From NCBI GenBank assembly GCA_035403165.1, contig DAONEP010000007.1, forward strand, positions 542-64,541: 64,000 nucleotides of DNA, written 5' to 3'. The translations under genes were made by a program, and so were the position numbers. A model generated the notes under the pieces. It saw only the letters and a program-made list of their open reading frames with translations, searched no databases and was not told where the DNA came from. This document shows, piece by piece, positions 16,727 to 24,260 of this stretch. Every line of letters starts with the position of its first letter. The first letter of the stretch is position 1. Origin of the DNA: Bacteroidales bacterium (GTDB taxonomy: Bacteria > Bacteroidota > Bacteroidia > Bacteroidales > UBA4417).

Positions 16727-17896
16727 ATGGAACAAAAACACCTAAAACGAGTTGATCTGATCTTTGAATGGGACGAAAAGAACACGCCCATCAACGTACT
16801 TGATAAAACCCTGCAAAAAACTCCCGATGCCATAATACTCGAAATGATTGACTCGGGTTTGAAAGGCCGTGGTGGCGCCGGTTTCCCGACAGGATTGAAA
16901 TGGAAATTCACCCGCAACGAAGATTCCGATGTAAAATACGTAGTATGCAATGCCGATGAAGGCGAACCCGGCACGTTCAAAGACCGGGAAATTCTTGACC
17001 GTGTCCCTGAGAAAATTTTCGCCGGAATGGCCATTTGCGGTTATGTTATTGGAGCAAAGGAAGGTTATATTTACCTGCGGGCCGAATATAACTTTCTTCT
17101 CAAATCGTTACAGCAAAAACTGGATAAATTCAACCAGCAATTGAAAGAGCGCCAGGTTGATTTTACGATTTTCATGCGTTCAGGCAGCGGCGCTTATGTG
17201 TGTGGTGAAGAGAGCGCCCTTTTCGAAAGCATGGAAGGAAAACGCGGCGAACCCCGCAACAAGCCTCCCTATCCTACTGTTGCCGGTTATAACAGCAAAC
17301 CAACCGTCATTAACAACGTAGAAACGCTGGTATACACCTGTGAAATCTGTCGCATGGGTGCTGATAAATTTAAAGCGCTTGGAACAAGCGACTCCCGTGG
17401 TTCAAAAGTTTTTTCGGTATCGGGCGATACGACAAAACCCGGGATCTACGAACTTGAGCTGGGCATGCCTTTGCGCGATTTCATCGATGAATTTGGCGAT
17501 GAAGATGCAAAAGCCGTTCAGGTTGGAGGCGCATCCGGCCATTGCGTACCCCGTAAGAAATTCAACGATACCATCATTGGTTTCGAAGGAATTCCCACAG
17601 GAGGCTCGATGATGATCTTCAACTCCACCCGGTCGATGTATAACGTTCTTCATGATTATCTCGAATTTTTCAACGAAGAATCATGCGGCCAATGTACGCC
17701 TTGCCGTGTTGGCTGCCAGCAATTACTCAAAGGCATTGAAGCCGTTAAAAAAGGCGAACGCCCCCCTCAGTACCTCGAGGATCTCAAAAAGCTCACTCTT
17801 ACCATGAAGATTGCTGCCAAATGCGGCCTGGGACAATCGGTTGCCAACCCGTTTATTTCAATAGTTGACAACTTCAGGGAAGAGATCATCTACTAA
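16727..17896 (+). CDS. hydB: NuoF-like flavoprotein subunit, set 1, minimal form
   Basis: Motifs GRGGAGFPTGLKW, GAYVCGEESAL and ESCGQCTPCR. At 389 aa it has no N-terminal 2Fe-2S domain and no C-terminal CxxCxxCxxxCP motifs. Confidence 0.85.
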   Translation: MEQKHLKRVDLIFEWDEKNTPINVLDKTLQKTPDAIILEMIDSGLKGRGGAGFPTGLKWKFTRNEDSDVKYVVCNADEGEPGTFKDREILDRVPEKIFAGMAICGYVIGAKEGYIYLRAEYNFLLKSLQQKLDKFNQQLKERQVDFTIFMRSGSGAYVCGEESALFESMEGKRGEPRNKPPYPTVAGYNSKPTVINNVETLVYTCEICRMGADKFKALGTSDSRGSKVFSVSGDTTKPGIYELELGMPLRDFIDEFGDEDAKAVQVGGASGHCVPRKKFNDTIIGFEGIPTGGSMMIFNSTRSMYNVLHDYLEFFNEESCGQCTPCRVGCQQLLKGIEAVKKGERPPQYLEDLKKLTLTMKIAAKCGLGQSVANPFISIVDNFREEIIY

Positions 17897-17931
17897 TCAT
17901 TCATATCAAAAACGAAAAAGGAGATAATACC

Positions 17932-19725
17932 ATGAGTAAATATATGGTCAATCTTAAGATCAACAATATTCCTATCGCTGTAGAAGAAGGAACCACCATT
18001 CTGGATGCTGCGAAAAGGCTGAATTTCCACATCCCGACACTCTGTAACCATCCTGATCTGAGCGTTGCCGGAAACTGCCGCGTTTGCGTAGTCGAAATAA
18101 AAGGAGCCCGGCTTCTTGCTGCATCGTGCGCCACACCGGTCTCGGAAGGCATGGAGGTTTTTACAAACAGTGAAAAAGTCAGGATTGCCAGGAAACACGT
18201 TATAGAATTGTTGTTATCGGAACATAATGCCGATTGCACCAAATGCTTTAAAAACGGCAATTGCGAATTACAGGACCTGGCTTCCGAATACCGCTATGGC
18301 GACCATGTTTTCATCGACCTGGTTCCGTTTTCAAAAAAGTTCATCGATATTTCATCCCCCTCTATCACCAAAGATACAAGCAAATGTATCCGCTGCCAGC
18401 GTTGCGTACGCACATGCGCTGAACTTCAGGCCGTTAGCGCCCTGGCTGTGATAAACAAAGGCAGCCAACAAACCATCAGCACCTTCCTGAATAAACCGAT
18501 GAACGACGTGGTTTGCACCAACTGCGGACAATGTATCAACCGTTGCCCGACCGGCGCTTTATATGAACGCAACTATATTGAGGATGTCTGGAATGCAATC
18601 TATGATCCTAACAAATTTGTGGTAGTTCAGACTGCTCCTGCAACACGTGTTGCAGTTGGAGAGGATCTAGGCTTTGAACCCGGTAATCGCGTAACGGGGA
18701 AAATGGTTGCCGCCCTCAGGAAAATTGGATTTAATAAAGTGCTGGATACCGACTTCACCGCCGACCTAACCATCATGGAAGAAGGCACTGAATTACTGAC
18801 CCGCCTCAAAAAAGCAATTGTTGACAAGGACGAGACGGTAAAACTTCCTATGATGACATCCTGTTCACCAGGCTGGATAAAATTCCAGGAACACATGTTT
18901 CCGGAATTGCTGCCCAACCTTTCAACCTGCAAATCTCCGCAGCAAATGTTCGGCGCCCTGGCAAAAACTTACTATGCTGATAAGATCAACATAAAAGCCG
19001 AAAACATGGTTGTTGTATCCATCATGCCCTGCACGGCAAAGAAATTCGAGTGCAACCGTCCAGAAATGCGCGATAGCGGGTTCAAAGATGTCGACTATGT
19101 TCTCACTACGCGTGAGCTCGCTATGATGATCAAACAGGCAGGCATTGATTTTGAGAAACTGGAAGATCAGCAATACGACAGTATACTGGGCGAATCAACC
19201 GGAGCTGCCGTAATTTTCGGCGCTACCGGAGGCGTGATGGAAGCCGCCCTTCGAACTGCCTATGAAATCGTTACCGGGAATGAGGTTCCTTTCACAAATC
19301 TCAATATTAAACCGGTGCGCGGCATGGAAGGTGTAAAAGAAGCCTCTATCAAAATTAAAAATGCTAAACCGGAATGGAGTTTTCTTGAAGGCGTTGATGT
19401 AAATGTTGCCGTCGCACATGGTTTGGCCAATGCAAAACGGCTGATGGAAGCAGTCGAGAGCGGAAACACAAATTACCATTTCATTGAAATAATGGGATGC
19501 CCGGGCGGCTGCATCGGCGGTGGCGGACAACCAATTCCTACGTCCCCCGAAATCAGGCGCAAACGTGCTGAAGCGATTTATGAAGAAGACATGGGAATGC
19601 CAATCCGCAAATCGCATGAAAATCCTGAAGTAGCCGAAGTATACCAGGAGTATCTCGGACATCCATGCGGACACCAGTCACACGAACTTCTCCACACCCA
19701 TTATGTGGAACGCAAGAGGTTCTAA
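17932..19725 (+). CDS. hydA: [FeFe]-hydrogenase catalytic subunit, set 1
   Basis: N-terminal 2Fe-2S domain, a H/C cluster (HNADCTKCFKNGNC) and 2x[4Fe-4S]. H-cluster motifs are TSCSPGW (atypical), MPCTAKKFE and EIMGCPGGCIGGGGQP. Confidence 0.9.
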   Translation: MSKYMVNLKINNIPIAVEEGTTILDAAKRLNFHIPTLCNHPDLSVAGNCRVCVVEIKGARLLAASCATPVSEGMEVFTNSEKVRIARKHVIELLLSEHNADCTKCFKNGNCELQDLASEYRYGDHVFIDLVPFSKKFIDISSPSITKDTSKCIRCQRCVRTCAELQAVSALAVINKGSQQTISTFLNKPMNDVVCTNCGQCINRCPTGALYERNYIEDVWNAIYDPNKFVVVQTAPATRVAVGEDLGFEPGNRVTGKMVAALRKIGFNKVLDTDFTADLTIMEEGTELLTRLKKAIVDKDETVKLPMMTSCSPGWIKFQEHMFPELLPNLSTCKSPQQMFGALAKTYYADKINIKAENMVVVSIMPCTAKKFECNRPEMRDSGFKDVDYVLTTRELAMMIKQAGIDFEKLEDQQYDSILGESTGAAVIFGATGGVMEAALRTAYEIVTGNEVPFTNLNIKPVRGMEGVKEASIKIKNAKPEWSFLEGVDVNVAVAHGLANAKRLMEAVESGNTNYHFIEIMGCPGGCIGGGGQPIPTSPEIRRKRAEAIYEEDMGMPIRKSHENPEVAEVYQEYLGHPCGHQSHELLHTHYVERKRF

Positions 19726-19750
19726 AACTTTTGTCACCCTTGATCTCTAT

Positions 19751-19773
19751 GGCTGCCAATGGCAGCCTTTTTT
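19751..19773 (+). terminator. Rho-independent terminator after hydA set 1
   Basis: Hairpin ggctgcc-aat-ggcagcc followed by TTTTTT. Confidence 0.8.
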
Positions 19774-19846
19774 ATCGTCCGGATAGCAGACAGAAAGAGT
19801 TCCTGTTTGCTTCAAAACAGGCTATTTAGAAAGAATATAAATTTTA

Positions 19847-19881
19847 TTGTTAATTGATTAACATTGTGAATTTTTTCACAA
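19847..19881. promoter_or_regulatory. Two abutting Rex/CRP-type palindromic operator candidates
   Basis: TTGTTAA-TTGA-TTAACAT (19847-19864) and a perfect TTGTGAA-TTTT-TTCACAA (19864-19881). Confidence 0.55.
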
Positions 19882-19885
19882 TTAA

Positions 19886-19916
19886 TTTGTTAATCATTTT
19901 TATCGTAGTAATTTTG
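19886..19916 (+). promoter_or_regulatory. Bacteroidetes-type promoter candidate (-33 TTTG, -7 TAATTTTG)
   Basis: TTTG at 19886-19889 and TAATTTTG at 19909-19916, with 19-bp spacing. It is upstream of the DRTGG gene at 19995. Confidence 0.4.
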
Positions 19917-19994
19917 TGGTTTGAAAAAGATTCTTTTGAAAAAACACTAAAAAATTGTAATTTAGCCTGTTACCCAATAAAAATAATAAAGTCG

Positions 19995-20339
19995 ATGAAG
20001 CTCAGTGAAGTAGTTGAATTTCTAAATGCAAAGGTAGTATGCGGACATGATAACCTGTCGCGCGAAGTCTATCGTGCATTTGCATCCGACCTTATGAGCG
20101 ATGTACTGACCATCAACACACAGAACCTGCTGTTGTTGACCGGCCTTACCAATATCCAGACGATCAGGACTTCTGAAATGGCTGATGTCCTGAACATTGT
20201 TATCGTCAGGAATAAAAAGGCGACTTCCGAAATGATCGAAATAGCCAAAGAAATGGGTATGGTTATCCTCGAATGCGACTACTCGATGTACAAGACTTGC
20301 GGAATCTTGTTCTCCAAGGGATTAAACCCTGTTTATTAA
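19995..20339 (+). CDS. DRTGG domain protein 1
   Basis: 114 aa after trimming to MKLSEVVEFLNAKVVCG. The patterns ..ASDLMSDVL.. and ..LLLLTGLTN.. are typical of DRTGG domains. Confidence 0.7.
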   Translation: MKLSEVVEFLNAKVVCGHDNLSREVYRAFASDLMSDVLTINTQNLLLLTGLTNIQTIRTSEMADVLNIVIVRNKKATSEMIEIAKEMGMVILECDYSMYKTCGILFSKGLNPVY

Positions 20340-20352
20340 TTAACCATGGCCG

Positions 20353-20787
20353 GTGATGCATTTCGAATATTTTATCAACGGTGGTGATTTCAGTAAAGCC
20401 GGACAAGCTTCCAGCCATTTCAAAAAAGTGCTGCAACAACTAAATGTCGCACCTCAGATCATCAAAAGAATTGTCGTTGCGCTGTATGAAGCTGAAGTAA
20501 ATATTGTTGCACACGCGTTTGAAGGTAAAATAATTATTGAATTACAACCAGATTCGGTAGTAATGATGCTGACTGATAAAGGCCCGGGTATCCCTGATAT
20601 TGAAAAAGCCATGGAAATCGGTTATTCCACTGCATCGCCAAAAGTGCGCGAAATGGGATTCGGAGCAGGTATGGGTTTATCCAACATCAAGAACAACGCA
20701 GATCATCTGGAAATATCCAGCACTGTCGGAACCGGAACTACCGTTACAATTAAAGTTAACCTAAAAAGCGATCAATTAACAGACTAA
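20353..20787 (+). CDS. HATPase_c-only protein (RsbW/anti-sigma-type serine kinase-like)
   Basis: N-box-like EAEVNIVAHA, a G1-like DKGPGI and a G2-like GFGAGMGL. No DHp/HisKA domain is present. Confidence 0.7.
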   Translation: MMHFEYFINGGDFSKAGQASSHFKKVLQQLNVAPQIIKRIVVALYEAEVNIVAHAFEGKIIIELQPDSVVMMLTDKGPGIPDIEKAMEIGYSTASPKVREMGFGAGMGLSNIKNNADHLEISSTVGTGTTVTIKVNLKSDQLTD

Positions 20788-20809
20788 TACCTGACGGATC
20801 TCAATCATC

Positions 20810-22147
20810 ATGGCTATAAAGCATTTCCATCATGCGTTAAAAATAAAAACCGAAACCTGTTTCGGTTGTTCGCATTGTATGAAAGTGTGCCCGACCGAAG
20901 CGATCAGGATCCGGAATGGGAAAGCGATCTTTTTTGAGAACCGTTGTGTCGATTGCGGCGAGTGTTTTAAAGCCTGCCCGGTTCAGGCCATTTACATAGA
21001 TCAGGACGATTTCGACCGTATCAATTCATATGAATACCGGGTAGCTCTGATACCAGCGATTTTCATCGGACAGTTCTCCAGGAAATATTCGCTTGAGCAG
21101 ATATATTCCGCAATTTACGCTGCCGGATTCACCCACATTTTCGAAGTTGAACAAAGCACAGCCATCCTGAAGGACCAGATTAACAGGTATGCCGAAGATA
21201 ATCCTTCAAAAAAGCCCCTGATATCCTCCTTTTGTCCGGCTATTATCCGGCTAATCCAGGTACGGTTTCCTTCGCTGGTGGGAAATATCATGTCGCTCAA
21301 ACCGCCTCTTGATATTACTGCATTATACTGCCGCAAGAAATTGACTGATGAAGGCGTAAATCCTGCCCGGATCGGTGTTTTTTACATTACTCCCTGCGCC
21401 GCAAAAATTGCAGCTATTAAAAGCCCTGTGGGTGAAGACTATTCAATGATTACCGGAGTTATCAACATGGATTTCCTTTTCAACCGGGTTTATCGTTTCA
21501 TAAAAAACCTTACAGAAACAGATAAGGAGGCTATTCCGGTCAAACCATTATCGCCGGATGCAATGCGATGGTCGCTTACCCATGGCGAGGCAGATCATAT
21601 CCGGGGACGAAGCCTGGCCGTTGATGAAATCCATAATGTGATCGAATTCCTGGAGAAAGTTGAAAACGACCAGATAAAAAACATTGATTTCCTGGAATTG
21701 CGTGCCTGTGATGAAAGTTGTGCAGGCGGGGTTCTGTCAAATGCAAATCGGTTTCTGGTCAATGAGAGGCTGCGCAGCCCCAAATCAAGAGATACTGAGA
21801 CGGATAATAACTCAGCAAAAACTATTGAAGATTACCGGGAGTACCTTGATCGCCGCATCAACATACAAGAAATCAAACCGCGTTCGATCATGAAACTCGA
21901 CGACAATATGGAAGAAGCGATGCGGAAGATGGGAATGACTAAAGAGATCATGAACCTGCTGCCCGGAACCGACTGCGGAGTATGCGGAGCGCCATCATGC
22001 CAGGCTTTGGCGAATGATATTGTACTGGGCGATGCCGATATCCGTCAATGCATATTTATACAGAGAAGCCGGGAATCAACCGGAGAACTCTCATCACCCG
22101 ACTCTCTCAAATTGATGAAGGGTATTTGGGGAGAAGATAAATTTTAA
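20810..22147 (+). CDS. HydA-like Fe-S protein (2x[4Fe-4S] + degenerate H-domain + C-terminal CxxCxxxxC domain)
   Basis: Motifs CFGCSHCMKVCP and CVDCGECFKACP. H-cluster motif equivalents are SSFCPA, TPCAAK and ACDESCAGG. The C-terminus carries TDCGVCGAPSCQ. Confidence 0.8.
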   Translation: MAIKHFHHALKIKTETCFGCSHCMKVCPTEAIRIRNGKAIFFENRCVDCGECFKACPVQAIYIDQDDFDRINSYEYRVALIPAIFIGQFSRKYSLEQIYSAIYAAGFTHIFEVEQSTAILKDQINRYAEDNPSKKPLISSFCPAIIRLIQVRFPSLVGNIMSLKPPLDITALYCRKKLTDEGVNPARIGVFYITPCAAKIAAIKSPVGEDYSMITGVINMDFLFNRVYRFIKNLTETDKEAIPVKPLSPDAMRWSLTHGEADHIRGRSLAVDEIHNVIEFLEKVENDQIKNIDFLELRACDESCAGGVLSNANRFLVNERLRSPKSRDTETDNNSAKTIEDYREYLDRRINIQEIKPRSIMKLDDNMEEAMRKMGMTKEIMNLLPGTDCGVCGAPSCQALANDIVLGDADIRQCIFIQRSRESTGELSSPDSLKLMKGIWGEDKF

Positions 22148-22163
22148 TTCCAAAAAAACGCAC

Positions 22164-22496
22164 ATGAAAGTTGAAGAAATAATTAAAAAACTCAGCCTTA
22201 ATGCCTTCACCGGCAATAAGGGACTGGATCGTGACGTTCAGGGAGGATACACCTGCGACCTGTTAAGTGATGTAATGGGCCATTCAAAGGCCGGCCAGGT
22301 TTGGATTACTTTACAGACTCATAAAAATGTAATGGCTGTAGCATCACTCCGTGAACTTGCTGCCGTCATTATTGTAAACGGATTGACGCCTAATCCTGAT
22401 ATGCTGGAACAAGCTGAAGAAGAAAATATCCCTGTATTAGGCACCACGGAAAATGCCTTTGATGTTTCGGGAAAATTGTTTAAATTGCTGGGATAA
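22164..22496 (+). CDS. DRTGG domain protein 2
   Basis: 110 aa. Patterns ..GGYTCDLLSDVMG.. and ..VWITLQTHKN.. . Confidence 0.7.
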   Translation: MKVEEIIKKLSLNAFTGNKGLDRDVQGGYTCDLLSDVMGHSKAGQVWITLQTHKNVMAVASLRELAAVIIVNGLTPNPDMLEQAEEENIPVLGTTENAFDVSGKLFKLLG

Positions 22497-22501
22497 TAAA
22501 A

Positions 22502-23242
22502 ATGCCGATTTACAGGGCCGACCTTCACATACATACGGTTTTATCCCCATGCGGCGACCTGGGAATGAGTCCTGTAAATATCGTAACAGATGCCCGCAAT
22601 AAAAATCTGAACATACTCGGAATTACCGACCACAACTCGACGCTTCACTGCGGATTAATTAAAAAACTTGCTTCGGAACACGGGATCATGGTACTGCAGG
22701 GAGCCGAAGTTACAACCAAAGAAGAAATACATTGCCTTACGTTCTTTGAAACATCTGAAACGCTTTCGGCTTTTCAGCAATACCTCGAAGATCATCTGCC
22801 CCATTATCCGAATGATCCAGACAAATTCGGCTACCAGGTAGTTGTTGATTCGGAGGAGGAAATCATTCAAACCATTGAATGGCTTTTGATTTCCGCTATC
22901 GACCAAACCCTCGACGAGGTTGAAGCCACTGTGCATAAACTAGGCGGATTATTTATACCTGCCCACATCGACAAACCCTGCAACAGTCTTATCAGCCAGC
23001 TCGGATTCATTCCGCCAGCCCTGAAAGCTGACGGGTTTGAACTTTCGGCACATGCAAGGCCCGATAGCCTTCAGTTCCTCCTGAACGGTCATAAGCATGT
23101 TTCTTTGCTTCGCAACAGCGATGCCCACTATCTGGAACAGATCGGAACAGGAACCACTGATTTTGACATAGAAGAGCTTTCATTTAGCGAAATCAGAATG
23201 GCGCTGAGAAATGAGTCAAACCGAAGAACCTTCATCGCATGA
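22502..23242 (+). CDS. PHP-domain phosphoesterase
   Basis: ADLHIHTVLSPCGD, ITDHNS and a late DAH motif. Confidence 0.75.
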   Translation: MPIYRADLHIHTVLSPCGDLGMSPVNIVTDARNKNLNILGITDHNSTLHCGLIKKLASEHGIMVLQGAEVTTKEEIHCLTFFETSETLSAFQQYLEDHLPHYPNDPDKFGYQVVVDSEEEIIQTIEWLLISAIDQTLDEVEATVHKLGGLFIPAHIDKPCNSLISQLGFIPPALKADGFELSAHARPDSLQFLLNGHKHVSLLRNSDAHYLEQIGTGTTDFDIEELSFSEIRMALRNESNRRTFIA

Positions 23243-23787
23243 AAGACCTCTCGCTACATATCCTGGATATCATGCAGAACTCGCTGGTTGCCGGCGCTAA
23301 AGAGATCGGCGTGGAAATCACCGAGAATAAAGATGCCGATACCTATTCCATTTCGGTGAAAGATGACGGGAAAGGCATGAGTCCTGAGATGGCCCGCCAG
23401 GTTACCGATCCGTTTTTCACCACGCGGACTACCCGAAAAGTAGGATTGGGTATCCCTTTGCTGAAGGAAAATGCCGAACGCACCGGCGGAAGTTTTGATA
23501 TCATTTCGGCTGAAGGAGTAGGCACAACGATAAATGCCTGTTTCAAACTAAGACATGTCGATCGTCAGCCGCTGGGAGATATTGCCGGCGTCATAGTACT
23601 TACTGCGGCTTCATATCCGGCTGTAAGGTTCAGATACACACATACAACCCGTTTCGGCACTTATACCTTCGACACGAAAGAAGTTGCCGAAATTCTCGGG
23701 GAAACGCCGATTAACGATGCACAAATAATACATTTCCTGAAGGAGATGATCGTTGAAAACCTCGAAAGCATCAATTACACTCCGTAA
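23239..23787 (+). CDS. HATPase_c-only protein 2
   Basis: HILDIMQNSLVAGA, DDGKGM and GLGIPLL. The start overlaps the PHP gene stop (ATGA). Confidence 0.7.
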   Translation: MKDLSLHILDIMQNSLVAGAKEIGVEITENKDADTYSISVKDDGKGMSPEMARQVTDPFFTTRTTRKVGLGIPLLKENAERTGGSFDIISAEGVGTTINACFKLRHVDRQPLGDIAGVIVLTAASYPAVRFRYTHTTRFGTYTFDTKEVAEILGETPINDAQIIHFLKEMIVENLESINYTP

Positions 23788-23843
23788 TGGAGACAGAAAT
23801 ACTGGAAGAAAACTAAACATTAAACATTAACACGTTATATAAC

Positions 23844-24242
23844 ATGACAAAGATCAAATCACTGAACGACCTGAGGGCAATCAAGGCCAATGTTGAGGCC
23901 AAGATGAACCTCAGAGAACGAAGCGATGCACCCGAAAAATTAGTGCAGATAAAAGTTGCTATGGCAACCTGCGGTATAGCTTCGGGAGCAAAAATCATCA
24001 TGGATTACATGGTGAACGAACTCGATAAACGGCATATACCTGCAGTAGTCAGCCAGACAGGTTGTATGGGATATTGCTATGCCGAGCCTACCATCGAAGT
24101 AACCCTTCCCGGCAAGGAGCCTATTGTTTTCGGTTATGTTACCGAGAAGAAAGCCGACCAGATCATCGAAAAGTATATCATCAACGGTGAGCTTGTTGAA
24201 GGAATCATCCCGGTGAATTACGAAAGCATTGACAATAAGTAA
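23844..24242 (+). CDS. Thioredoxin-like [2Fe-2S] ferredoxin (HydD-like)
   Basis: VAMATCGIASGA .. GCMGYCYAEP. Confidence 0.75.
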   Translation: MTKIKSLNDLRAIKANVEAKMNLRERSDAPEKLVQIKVAMATCGIASGAKIIMDYMVNELDKRHIPAVVSQTGCMGYCYAEPTIEVTLPGKEPIVFGYVTEKKADQIIEKYIINGELVEGIIPVNYESIDNK

Positions 24243-24260
24243 AACTCAGGAGGAAAAAGT

